Positions 22,287-35,712 of a stretch of DNA of 64,000 nucleotides are shown one piece after another. The notes below the pieces were generated by a model. The model searched no databases. It saw only the letters and a program-made list of their open reading frames with translations, and was not told the origin of the DNA. The translations under genes were made by a program, and so were the position numbers. The stretch is from positions 11,780,001-11,844,000 of the forward strand of contig CATNEN010000001.1 of assembly GCA_950097015.1 (NCBI GenBank). Reading direction: 5' to 3'. The stretch comes from Macrostomum hystrix. Its lineage: Eukaryota; Animalia; Platyhelminthes. Within the stretch, counting starts at the first letter, position 1. The number at the start of each line of letters is the position of its first letter.

Positions 22287-25200
22287 TCCATCCAACTATA
22301 CTAAATCTCTAAAGTCTGTCTGTCTGTCTGTCTGTGGAATTTCGATACACAGGCTAAATGCCTCAACCAAATTTGATCGCGTTTTTTGCTAAACATGCCA
22401 AATTTTACTGGCATGAGACCTTGAAAATTTCGTTAGTCTGCTTCAATGCTAACAATATTAAATATTCGAAAAACGAGTTTTCCTATTGCTTTTAATAGGA
22501 GGCCAAACAAGGTTAAATTAGAATAGGGCCGGACACTGTCAGTTTTATTAGATTGCATCGGTGCTTTTTCTCGCCCGCGCGTGCATTGGTATAGCACAGA
22601 ACAGGGCCCGATACTCTCAATTGAATAGGATTGCGTCACTGCTTTTCGACCCCTACGTACGTTTATAAATTTGTCTCTTGGCTGATCGAGTGATTTGATT
22701 TGAATACGCAAAACGTACATAGCAGATTTCATGATTGGGCTTTTATGATGCTCAATGCTAGCGAGACCTCTCCTCCTCCTTTCTATCCATAAAACTGCAG
22801 CCTTTCTATTGTCAAACCTTGTCTCGACTTCGATCATTGTGCCGCTTTCTTTTCATCTAGCTCCGAAGTAAAGTACTTTAATGCTTTTGTAGAATGCAGG
22901 TAGAATTTCAGCATCGGTTTTGTTACTGCTTCTTTTTCTTCTAATCTTCTAAGCATCAGCAGTTAAAAACGTAAGTTCCTATTTATTAGTACTATTTGGG
23001 CATTTTTGGTTCGAGTATAAATAGTAAGCGATTTTGGTTAGCTACTGTCGAAGCAGATATTTGTTAGCTTTATTATTCCTGTACTCCCTTTCAGAAAATA
23101 GTATAAGCTTTTTCGAGTATCGGGAATTCGATAATAAAACTAAGGAAATATTTTTGTGCATAGCTGCAGGCGATATCACAATTGAGAACTGCAAGAAAAA
23201 AATATTGAGCGCAGCTAAGAGCGTAAATTATTTCAATTTTTTTTAGCATTGTTTTAAGCGTTATTCGATCAAAAAAATAGCTTATTTAATAATAATAATT
23301 ATAAAACTTTATTCGACGAACACTGATCGAAACCGTTTTCTAAAGTGCTCAACGATTTTCTAAATGTGTCCAACGATTTTCTAAATGTGTTTAACAGTTT
23401 TCTAAATGTATCTACCGTGCCACATGTAACAGGAGATGTAACAGGAGATATTTGTTGCCTTCTGGGCTGAGTAAAATGATGGACACATCGTTTCTATGCT
23501 ATTTGGGGGCAATGGTTTCCTGTCAAAGAAAAAGGGCAAACATTTCTTGCTGCGAGTTTGGTAGCCTGCAAGTAGCCTCCATTCTGGTATTATGGAGGTT
23601 CTCTTCTGTTTGGAGAACATTAGTTCTCTGCTGCTGGGGGAATTAGTTCTCTGCTGCTGGGGGAATTAGTTCTCTGCTGCTGGGGGAATTAGTTCTCTGC
23701 TGCTGGGGGAATTAGTTCTCTGATGCTGGGGGAATTAGTTCTCTGATGCTGGGGGAATTAGTTCTCTGCTGCTGGGGAAATTAGTTCTCTGCTGCTGGGG
23801 GAATTAGTTCTCTGCTGCTGGGGGAATTAGTTCTCTGCTGCTCGGGAAATTAGTTCTCTGCTGCTGGGGAAATTAGTTCTCTGCTGCTGGAGGGGAATTA
23901 GTTCTCTGCTGCTGGGGAAATTAGTTCTCATGGCAAAACCAGCGTTTGAATCATGGCTAAACCAGAGTCTGAATCATGGCAGAGTCTGAATCAAGGCTCG
24001 TGTGTTTTGCCGCAAAGATTGGCCAGAGCCAACAAGGAAAGCAATAGCAAGCCATCCATCTATTCGGCTTATGGCACGCTTTGCTGCTCCCATCAGCGGC
24101 GGCTTGCTCTCCTCTCCTCTCTCTGATCCCCATTCTGTGTCCCTTCCCCTGCAGTTTTTCTCGGCTCTTCTCTAGCGCCAGCCGGTTGCGCGGAAGTCCG
24201 CGCGATCACTGTTTTGGCTTCTATTTCTCTCTCTATACCCGTTAGTCCCGCCACAAATGCTCAATTCGACATTTTGTTTGGACTCCTATCCAACTATACT
24301 AAATCTCTAAAGTCTGTCTGTCTGTCTGTCTGTGGAATTTCGATACACAGGCTAAATGCCTCAACCAAATTTGATCGCGTTTTTTGCTAAACATGCCAAA
24401 TTTTACTGGCATGAGACCTTGAAAATTTCGTTAGTCTGCTGCAATGCTAAAAATATTGAATATTCGAAATACGAGTTTTCCTTTTGCTTTTAATAGGAGG
24501 CCAAACAAGGTTAAATTAGAATAGGGCCGGACACTGTCAGTTTTATTAGATTGCATCGGTGCTTTTTCTCGCCCGCGCGTGCATTGGTATAGCACTGAAC
24601 AGGGCCCGATACTCTCAATTGAATAGGATTGCGTCACTGCTTTTCGACCCGTACGTGCGTTTATAAATTTGTCTCTTGGCTGATCGAGTGATTTGATTTG
24701 AATACGCAAAACGTACATAGCAGATTTCATGATTGGGCTTTTATGATGCTCAATGCTAGCGAGACCTCTCCTCCTCCTTTCTATCCATAAAACTGCAGCT
24801 TTTCTATTGTCAAACCTTGTCTCGACTTCGATCATTGTGCCGCTTTCTTTTCATCTAGCTCCGAAGTAAAGTACTTTAATGCTTTTGTAGAATGCAGGTA
24901 GAATTTCAGCATCGGTTTTGTTACTGCTTCTTCCACTATACTAAAAATGAAATGGTTGGTTGGTTGGTTGGTTGGTTGGTTGGTTGTAATTGATTTTCTC
25001 CCGAACAGCTCAACCGATTTTCACAATTTCTTCACCAAAAGATGCTAAATATGGGGAGAATTATACACGTATTTTTATTAAGCTTAACTTTATTGCTAAG
25101 GGGATTAAATATTCGAAAAACATGATTTTTTAAAGGTCAAACCATCTTGGCCTATTGAGAATTTCACTGACAGCCACTGAATTAGAATTGCATCGTCAAA

Positions 25201-25532
25201 TTGCGCAACAACCCCTAGCTAATTGAATTTGAAGCCTGCACTCTGGAGACAAATTTGAAATAAATGTACACAACCAACTGCGAGACTGAGTGTACTCTAT
25301 TTTCTTACTTCATTGTACAAAGCCAGAACTTTGAGAATTCATTTTATAAGGCAGATTTTTGCACCCACTAACCAACAGTCGGAAAAGCCGATGTGTAGGC
25401 ACTAGGAATAGGTTAGGCTAGGCCAGGGTTCGATTCTGCACTGGGTCAAATCATTTAGACAAATTTTCAGCCAGTAGTGATTGAAGATTATTTTATATTA
25501 TTTTTTATATTTCGTAAATAAAATATCATAAA

Positions 25533-28500
25533 TCATAGCAAATCTGAGTTTGAATCATGGCTAAACCAGAGTTTGAATCATGGCTAAACCAGCGTCTGAA
25601 TCATGGCTAAACCAGAGTTTGAATCATGGCTAAACCAGAGTCTGAATCATGGCTAAACCAGAGTTTAAATCATGGCTAAACCAGAGTCTGAATCATGGCT
25701 TAACCAGAGTTTGAATCATGGCTAAACCAGAGTCTGAATCATGGCTAAACCAGCGTCTGAATCATGGCTAAACCAGAGTTTGAACCATGGCTAAACCAGA
25801 GTCTGAATCATGGCTAAACCAGAGTTTAAATCATGGCTAAACCAGAGTCTGAATCATGGCTAAACCAGAGTTTCAATCATGGCTAAACCAGCGTCTGAAT
25901 CATGGCTAAACCAGCGTCTGAATCATGGCTAAACCAGAGTTTGAATCATGGCTAAACCAGAGTCTGAATCATGGCTAAACCAGCGTCTGAATCATGGCTA
26001 AACCAGAGTCTGAATCATGGCTAAACCAGAGTCTGAATCATGGCTAAACCAGAGTTTGAATCATGGCTGAACCAGAGTTTGAAACATGGCTAAACCAGAG
26101 CTTGAATCATGGCAAAACCAGAGTCTGAATCATGGCTAAACCAGAGTCTGAATCATGGCAAAACGAGAGTTTGAATCATAGCCCACCAGGGTTTAAAACA
26201 TGGCTAAACCAGAGTTTGAATCTTGGCTAAACCAGAGTTTGAATCATAGCCAACAAGAGTCTGAATCATGGCAAAACGAGAGTTTGAATCATAGCCCACC
26301 AGGGTTTAAAACATGGCGAAACCTGAGTTTGAATCATGGCTAAACCAGAGTCTGAATCATGGCTAAACCAGAGTTTAAATCATGGCTAAACCAGAGTCTG
26401 AATCATGGCTTAACCAGAGTTTAAATCATGGCTAAACCAGAGTCTGAATCATGGCTAAACCAGAGTTTCAATCATGGCTAAACCAGCGTCTGAATCATGG
26501 CTAAACCAGCGTCTGAATCATGGCTAAACCAGAGTCTGAATCATGGCTAAACCAGAGTTTGAATCATGGCTAAACCAGAGTTTGAAACATGGCTAAACCA
26601 GAGCTTGAATCATGGCAAAACCAGAGTCTGAATCATGGCTAAACCAGAGTTTAAATCATGGCTAAACCAGAGTTTGAATCATAGCCAACCAGAGTCTGAA
26701 TCATGGCAAAACGAGAGTTTGAATCATAGCCCACCAGGGTTTAAAACATGGCTAAACCAGAGTTTGAATCTTGGCTAAACCAGAGTTTGAATCATAGCCA
26801 ACCAGAGTCTGAATCATGGCAAAACGAGAGTTTGAATCATAGCCCACCAGGGTTTAAAACATGGCTAAACCAGAGTCTGAATCATGGCTAAACCAGAGTT
26901 TCAATCATGGCTAAACCAGAGTCTGAATCATGGCTAAACCAGAGTTTCAATCATGGCTAAACCAGCGTCTGAATCATGGCTAAACCAGCGTCTGAATCAT
27001 GGCTAAACCAGAGTTTGAATCATGGCTAAACCAGAGTCTGAATCATGGCTAAACCAGCGTCTGAATCATGGCTAAACCAGAGTCTGAATCATGGCTAAAC
27101 CAGAGTCTGAATCATGGCTAAACCAGAGTCTGAATCATGGCTAAACCAGAGTTTGAAACATGGCTAAACCAGAGCTTGAATCATGGCAAAACCAGAGTCT
27201 GAATCATGGCTAAACCAGAGTCTGAATCATGGCAAAACGAGAGTTTGAATCATAGCCCACCAGGGTTTAAAACATGGCTAAACCAGAGTTTGAATCTTGG
27301 CTAAACCAGAGTTTGAATCATAGCCAACCAGAGTCTGAATCATGGCAAAACGAGAGTTTGAATCATAGCCCACCAGGGTTTAAAACATGGCGAAACCTGA
27401 GTTTGAATCATGGCTAAACCAGAGTCTGAATCATGGCTAAACCAGAGTTTAAATCATGGCTAAACCAGAGTTTAAATCATGGCTAAACCAGAGTTTGAAT
27501 CATAGCCAACCAGAGTCTGAATCATGGCAAAACGAGAGTTTGAATCATAGCCCACCAGGGTTTAAAACATGGCTAAACCAGAGTTTGAATCTTGGCTAAA
27601 CCAGAGTTTGAATCATAGCCAACCAGAGTCTGAATCATGGCAAAACGAGAGTTTGAATCATAGCCCACCAGGGTTTAAAACATGGCTAAACCAGCGTCTG
27701 AATCATGGCTAAACCAGAGTCTGAATCATGGCTAAACCAGCGTCTGAATCATGGCTAAACCAGAGTTTGAATCATGGCTAAACCAGAGTTTGAATCATGG
27801 CTTAACCAGAGTTTGAATCATGGCTTAACCAGAGTTTGAATCATGGCTAAACCAGAGTTTGAATCATGGCTTAACCAGAGTTTGAATCATGGCTAAACCA
27901 GAGTCTGAATCATGGCTAAACCAGAGTCTGAATCATGGCTAAACCAGAGTCTGAATCATGGCTAAACCAGAGTCTGAATCATGGCTAAACCAGCGTCTGA
28001 ATCATGGCTAAACCAGAGTTTGAATCATGGCTAAACCAGAGTTTGAATCATGGCTAAACCAGAGTCTGAATCATGGCAAAACCAGCGTCTGAATCATGGC
28101 TAAACCAGAGTTTGAATCATGGCTAAACCAGAGTTTGAATCATGGCTTAACCAGAGTTTGAATCATGGCTAAACCAGAGTCTGAATCATGGCTTAACCAG
28201 AATTTAAATCATGGCTAAACCAGAGTCTGAATCATGGCTTAACCAGAGTTTAAATCATGGCTAAACCAGAGTCTGAATCATGGCTTAACCAGAGTTTAAA
28301 TCATGGCTAAACCAGAGTCTGAATCATGGCTAAACCAGAGTTTCAATCATGGCTAAACCAGCGTCTGAATCATGGCTAAACCAGCGTCTGAATCATGGCT
28401 AAACCAGAGTCTGAATCATGGCTAAACCAGAGTTTGAACCATGGCTAAACCAGAGTCTGAATCATGGCTAAACCAGAGTTTCAATCATGGCTAAACCAGA

Positions 28501-31500
28501 GTCTGAATCATGGCTAAACCAGAGTTTCAATCATGGCTAAACCAGCGTCTGAATCATGGCTAAACCAGCGTCTGAATCATGGCTAAACCAGAGTTTGAAT
28601 CATGGCTAAACCAGAGTCTGAATCATGGCTAAACCAGCGTCTGAATCATGGCTAAACCAGAGTCTGAATCATGGCTAAACCAGAGTCTGAATCATGGCTA
28701 AACCAGAGTCTGAATCATGGCTAAACCAGAGTTTGAAACATGGCTAAACCAGAGCTTGAATCATGGCAAAACCAGAGTCTGAATCATGGCTAAACCAGAG
28801 TCTGAATCATGGCAAAACGAGAGTTTGAATCATAGCCCACCAGGGTTTAAAACATGGCTAAACCAGAGTTTGAATCTTGGCTAAACCAGAGTTTGAATCA
28901 TAGCCAACCAGAGTCTGAATCATGGCAAAACGAGAGTTTGAATCATAGCCCACCAGGGTTTAAAACATGGCGAAACCTGAGTTTGAATCATGGCTAAACC
29001 AGAGTCTGAATCATGGCTAAACCAGAGTTTAAATCATGGCTAAACCAGAGTTTAAATCATGGCTAAACCAGAGTTTGAATCATAGCCAACCAGAGTCTGA
29101 ATCATGGCAAAACGAGAGTTTGAATCATAGCCCACCAGGGTTTAAAACATGGCTAAACCAGAGTTTGAATCTTGGCTAAACCAGAGTTTGAATCATAGCC
29201 AACCAGAGTCTGAATCATGGCAAAACGAGAGTTTGAATCATAGCCCACCAGGGTTTAAAACATGGCTAAACCAGCGTCTGAATCATGGCTAAACCAGAGT
29301 CTGAATCATGGCTAAACCAGCGTCTGAATCATGGCTAAACCAGAGTTTGAATCATGGCTAAACCAGAGTTTGAATCATGGCTTAACCAGAGTTTGAATCA
29401 TGGCTTAATCCAGAGTTTGAATCATGGCTAAACCAGAGTTTGAATCATGGCTTAACCAGAGTTTGAATCATGGCTAAACCAGAGTCTGAATCATGGCTAA
29501 ACCAGAGTCTGAATCATGGCTAAACCAGAGTCTGAATCATGGCTAAACCAGAGTCTGAATCATGGCTAAACCAGCGTCTGAATCATGGCTAAACCAGAGT
29601 TTGAATCATGGCTAAACCAGAGTTTGAATCATGGCTAAACCAGAGTCTGAATCATGGCTAAACCAGCGTCTGAATCATGGCTAAACCAGAGTTTGAATCA
29701 TGGCTAAACCAGAGTTTGAATCATGGCTTAACCAGAGTTTGAATCATGGCTAAACCAGAGTCTGAATCATGGCTTAACCAGAATTTAAATCATGGCTAAA
29801 CCAGAGTCTGAATCATGGCTTAACCTGAGTTTAAATCATGGCTAAACCAGAGTCTGAATCATGGCTTAACCAGAGTTTAAATCATGGCTAAACCAGAGTC
29901 TGAATCATGGCTAAACCAGAGTTTCAATCATGGCTAAACCAGCGTCTGAATCATGGCTAAACCAGCGTCTGAATCATGGCTAAACCAGAGTCTGAATCAT
30001 GGCTAAACCAGAGTTTGAATCATGGCTAAACCAGAGTTTGAAACATGGCTAAACCAGAGCTTGAATCATGGCAAAACCAGAGTCTGAATCATGGCTAAAC
30101 CAGAGTTTAAATCATGGCTAAACCAGAGTTTGAATCATAGCCAACCAGAGTCTGAATCATGGCAAAACGAGAGTTTGAATCATAGCCCACCAGGGTTTAA
30201 AACATGGCTAAACCAGAGTTTGAATCTTGGCTAAACCAGAGTTTGAATCATAGCCAACCAGAGTCTGAATCATGGCAAAACGAGAGTTTGAATCATAGTC
30301 CACCAGGGTTTAAAACATGGCGAAACCAGAGTCTGAATCATGGCTTAACCAGAGTTTGAATCATGGCTAAACCAGAGTCTGAATCATGGCTAAACCAGCG
30401 TCTGAATCATGGCTAAACCAGAGTTTGAACCATGGCTAAACCAGAGTCTGAATCATGGCTAAACCAGAGTTTCAATCATGGCTAAACCAGAGTCTGAATC
30501 ATGGCTAAACCAGAGTTTCAATCATGGCTAAACCAGCGTCTGAATCATGGCTAAACCAGCGTCTGAATCATGGCTAAAGCAGAGTTTGAATCATGGCTAA
30601 ACCAGAGTCTGAATCATGGCTAAACCAGCGTCTGAATCATGGCTAAACCAGAGTTTGAACCATGGCTAAACCAGAGTCTGAATCATGGCTAAACCAGAGT
30701 TTCAATCATGGCTAAACCAGCGTCTGAATCATGGCTAAACCAGCGTCTGAATCATGGCTAAACCAGAGTTTGAATCATGGCTAAACCAGAGTCTGAATCA
30801 TGGCTAAACCAGCGTCTGAATCATGGCTAAACCAGAGTCTGAATCATGGCTAAACCAGAGTCTGAATCATGGCTAAACCAGAGTTTGAATCATGGCTAAA
30901 CCAGAGTTTGAAACATGGCTAAACCAGAGCTTGAATCATGGCTAAACCAGAGTCTGAATCATGGCTAAACCAGAGTCTGAATCATGGCAAAACGAGAGTT
31001 TGAATCATAGCCCACCAGGGTTTAAAACATGGCTAAACCAGAGTTTGAATCTTGGCTAAACCAGAGTTTGAATCATAGCCAACAAGAGTCTGAATCATGG
31101 CAAAACGAGAGTTTGAATCATAGCCCACCAGGGTTTAAAACATGGCGAAACCTGAGTTTGAATCATGGCTAAACCAGAGTCTGAATCATGGCTAAACCAG
31201 AGTTTAAATCATGGCTAAACCAGAGTCTGAATCATGGCTTAACCAGAGTTTAAATCATGGCTAAACCAGAGTCTGAATCATGGCTAAACCAGAGTTTCAA
31301 TCATGGCTAAACCAGCGTCTGAATCATGGCTAAACCAGCGTCTGAATCATGGCTAAACCAGAGTCTGAATCATGGCTAAACCAGAGTTTGAATCATGGCT
31401 AAACCAGAGTTTGAAACATGGCTAAACCAGAGCTTGAATCATGGCAAAACCAGAGTCTGAATCATGGCTAAACCAGAGTTTAAATCATGGCTAAACCAGA

Positions 31501-33812
31501 GTTTGAATCATAGCCAACCAGAGTCTGAATCATGGCAAAACGAGAGTTTGAATCATAGCCCACCAGGGTTTAAAACATGGCTAAACCAGAGTTTGAATCT
31601 TGGCTAAACCAGAGTTTGAATCATAGCCAACCAGAGTCTGAATCATGGCAAAACGAGAGTTTGAATCATAGCCCACCAGGGTTTAAAACATGGCGAAACC
31701 AGAGTCTGAATCATGGCTTAACCAGAGTTTGAATCATGGCTAAACCAGAGTCTGAATCATGGCTAAACCAGCGTCTGAATCATGGCTAAACCAGAGTTTG
31801 AACCATGGCTAAACCAGAGTCTGAATCATGGCTAAACCAGAGTTTCAATCATGGCTAAACCAGAGTCTGAATCATGGCTAAACCAGAGTTTCAATCATGG
31901 CTAAACCAGCGTCTGAATCATGGCTAAACCAGCGTCTGAATCATGGCTAAACCAGAGTTTGAATCATGGCTAAACCAGAGTCTGAATCATGGCTAAACCA
32001 GCGTCTGAATCATGGCTAAACCAGAGTCTGAATCATGGCTAAACCAGAGTCTGAATCATGGCTAAACCAGAGTTTGAATCATGGCTAAACCAGAGTTTGA
32101 AACATGGCTAAACCAGAGCTTGAATCATGGCAAAACCAGAGTCTGAATCATGGCTAAACCAGAGTCTGAATCATGGCAAAACGAGAGTTTGAATCATAGC
32201 CCACCAGGGTTTAAAACATGGCTAAACCAGAGTTTGAATCTTGGCTAAACCAGAGTTTGAATCATAGCCAACCAGAGTCTGAATCATGGCAAAACGAGAG
32301 TTTGAATCATAGCCCACCAGGGTTTAAAACATGGCGAAACCTGAGTTTGAATCATGGCTAAACCAGAGTCTGAATCATGGCTAAACCAGAGTTTAAATCA
32401 TGGCTAAACCAGAGTTTAAATCATGGCTAAACCAGAGTTTGAATCATAGCCAACCAGAGTCTGAATCATGGCAAAACGAGAGTTTGAATCATAGCCCACC
32501 AGGGTTTAAAACATGGCTAAACCAGAGTTTGAATCTTGGCTAAACCAGAGTTTGAATCATAGCCAACCAGAGTCTGAATCATGGCAAAACGAGAGTTTGA
32601 ATCATAGCCCACCAGGGTTTAAAACATGGCTAAACCAGCGTCTGAATCATGGCTAAACCAGAGTCTGAATCATGGCTAAACCAGCGTCTGAATCATGGCT
32701 AAACCAGAGTTTGAATCATGGCTAAACCAGAGTTTGAATCATGGCTTAACCAGAGTTTGAATCATGGCTAAACCAGAGTTTGAATCATGGCTAAACCAGA
32801 GTTTGAATCATGGCTTAACCAGAGTTTGAATCATGGCTAAACCAGAGTCTGAATCATGGCTAAACCAGAGTCTGAATCATGGCTAAACCAGAGTCTGAAT
32901 CATGGCTAAACCAGAGTCTGAATCATGGCTAAACCAGCGTCTGAATCATGGCTAAACCAGAGTTTGAATCATGGCTAAACCAGAGTTTGAATCATGGCTA
33001 AACCAGAGTCTGAATCATGGCTAAACCAGCGTCTGAATCATGGCTAAACCAGAGTTTGAATCATGGCTAAACCAGAGTTTGAATCATGGCTTAACCAGAG
33101 TTTGAATCATGGCTAAACCAGAGTCTGAATCATGGCTTAACCAGAATTTAAATCATGGCTAAACCAGAGTCTGAATCATGGCTTAACCAGAGTTTGAATC
33201 ATGGCTAAACCAGAGTCTGAATCATGGCTTAACCAGAATTTAAATCATGGCTAAACCAGAGTCTGAATCTTGGCTTAACCAGAGTCTGAATCATGGCTAA
33301 ACCAGAGTCTGAATCATGGCTAAACCAGAGTCTGAATCATGGCAAAACTGGAGTCTGAATCATGGCTAAACCATAGTCTGAATCATGGCTAAAATAGAGT
33401 CTGAATCATGGCTAAACCAGAGTCTGAATCATGGCTAAACCAGAGTCTGAATCATGGCTAAACCAGAGTCTGAATCATGGCTAAACCAGCGTCTGAATCA
33501 TGGCAAAACCAGAGTTTCAATCATGGCTAAACCAGCGTCTGAATCATGGCTAAACCAGCGTCTGAATCATGGCTAAACCAGAGTCTGAATCATGGCTAAA
33601 CCAGAGTTTCAATCATGGCTAAACCAGCGTCTGAATCATGGCTAAACCAGCGTCTGAATCATAGCCAACCAGAGTTTGAATCTTGGCTAAACCAGAGTTT
33701 GAATCATAGCCAACCAGAGTCTGAATCATGGCAAAACGAGAGTTTGAATCAGAGCCCACCAGGGTTTAAAACATGGCGAAACCTGAGTTTGAATCTTGGC
33801 TAACCCAGCGTT
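25533..33812. repeat. 23-bp satellite S2 (GAATCATGGCTAAACCAGAGTCT), ~360 copies with higher-order blocks
   Basis: Period of 23 (27901 to 27924); variant cassettes recur. Confidence 0.97.
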
Positions 33813-33824
33813 TGAAAAATCAAC

Positions 33825-35620
33825 GTCAACTGGGGAGTCATCATCAAAATGGGGATCATGGTGAACTGGGGGATCATAATAAACTGGGGGATAATTGTCG
33901 ACTGGGGGATCAATGTCAACTGGGGGATCATTGTCAACTGGGGGATCATTGTCAACTGGGGGATCATTGTCAAATGGGGGATCATTGTCAACTCGGGGAT
34001 CTTTGTCAACTGGGGGTTCATTGTCAACTGGGGGTTCATTGTCAACTGGGGGATCATTGTCAACTGGGGGATCATTGTGAACTGAGAGATCATTGTCAAG
34101 TGGGGGGTAATGGTCAACTGGGGGATAATTGTCAACTGGGGAATCATCATCAACTGGGGATCATCATCAACTGGGGGATCATTGAGAACTGGGGGATCTT
34201 TGTCAACTGGGGGATCATTGTGAACTGGGGGATCTTTGTCAACTGGGGGATCATTGTATACTGTGGGATCATTGTCAACTGGGGGATCATTGTCAACTGG
34301 GGGATCATTGTCAACTGGGGGATCGTTGTCAACTGGGGGTTCATTGTCAACTGGGGGATCATTGTCAACTGGGGGATCATTGTCAACTGGGTGATCATCA
34401 TCAACTGGGGGATCATTGTCAACTGGTGGAAAATTGTCAACTGGAGGAACATTGTTAACTAGGGATCATCATCAATGGGGAGACTTCATCAACTGGGGGA
34501 TCATTGTGAACTGGGGGATCTTTGTTAACTGGGGGATCATTGTCAACTGGGGGATCATTGTCAACTGGGGGATCATTGTCAACTGGGGGATCATTTTCAA
34601 CTGGGGGATCATCATCAACTGGGGGATCATTGTCAACTGGGGGGATCATTGTCAACTGGGGGATCATTGTCAACTGGGGGATCATTGTCAACTGGGGGAT
34701 CATTGTCAACTGGGTGATCATCATCAACTGGGGGATCATTGTCAACTGGGGGAACATTGTCAAATGAAGGAACATTGTTAACTGGGGATCATCATCAATG
34801 GGGAGACTTCATCAACTGGGGGATCATTGTGAACTGGGGGATCTTTGTTAACTGGGGGATCATTGTCAACTGGGGGATCATTGTCAACTGGGGGATCATT
34901 GTCAACTGGGGGATCATTTTCAACTGGGGGATCATCATCAACTGGGGGATCATCATCAACTGGGTGATCATTGTGAACTGGGGGATCTTTGTCAACTGGG
35001 GGATCATTGTCAACTGTGCGATCATTGTCAACTGGGGGATCATTGTCAAACGGGGGATCATTGTCAACTGTGGGATCGTTGTCAACTGGGGGTTCATTGT
35101 CAACTGGGGGTTCATTGTCAACTGGGGGATCATCATCAACTGGGGGATCATTGTCAACTGGGTGATCATCATCAACTGGGGGATCATTGTCAACTGGGGG
35201 AACATTGTCAAATGGAGGAACATTGTTAACTGGGGATCATCATCAATTGGGAGACTTCATCAACTGGGGGATCATTGTGAACTGGGGGATCTTTGTTAAC
35301 TGGGGGATCATTGTCAACTGGGGGATCATTGTCAACTGGGGGATCATTGTCAACTGGGGGATCATTTTCAACTGGGGGATCATCATCAACTGGGGGATCA
35401 TCATCAACTGGGTGATCATTGTGAACTGGGGGATCTTTGTCAACTGGGGGATCATTGTCAACTGTGGGATCATTGTCAACTGGGGGATCATTGTCAAATG
35501 GGGGATCATTGTCAACTGGGGGATCGTTGTCAACTGGGGGTTCATTGTCAACTGGGGGTTCATTGTCAACTGGGGGATCATTGTCAACTGGGGGATCATT
35601 GTCAACTGGGGGTTCATTGT
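33825..35620. repeat. 18-bp satellite (GATCATTGTCAACTGGGG)
   Basis: Direct tandem repeat. The same satellite precedes every Helitron 3' end (e.g. 14457-15127, 40447-41732, 43483-44205, 45778-46570). Confidence 0.97.
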
Positions 35621-35712
35621 AGCTTTAAAAAGCTGTAAATTCAGCTGCAAGAAGTATATACTAGACGAATTTAAAGTATTTCTGCTCCCCGAAGGGGGGC
35701 AAAACTTGCTAG

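Larger units (their letters stand above)
22291..35712 (+). mobile_element. Second copy of the composite unit, with greatly expanded satellites
   Basis: Repeats 17832-21350 at an offset of ~4460 (internal starts 24289 and 24932), then 8.3 kb of 23-mer and 1.8 kb of 18-mer, then CTAG at 35712. Confidence 0.85.
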
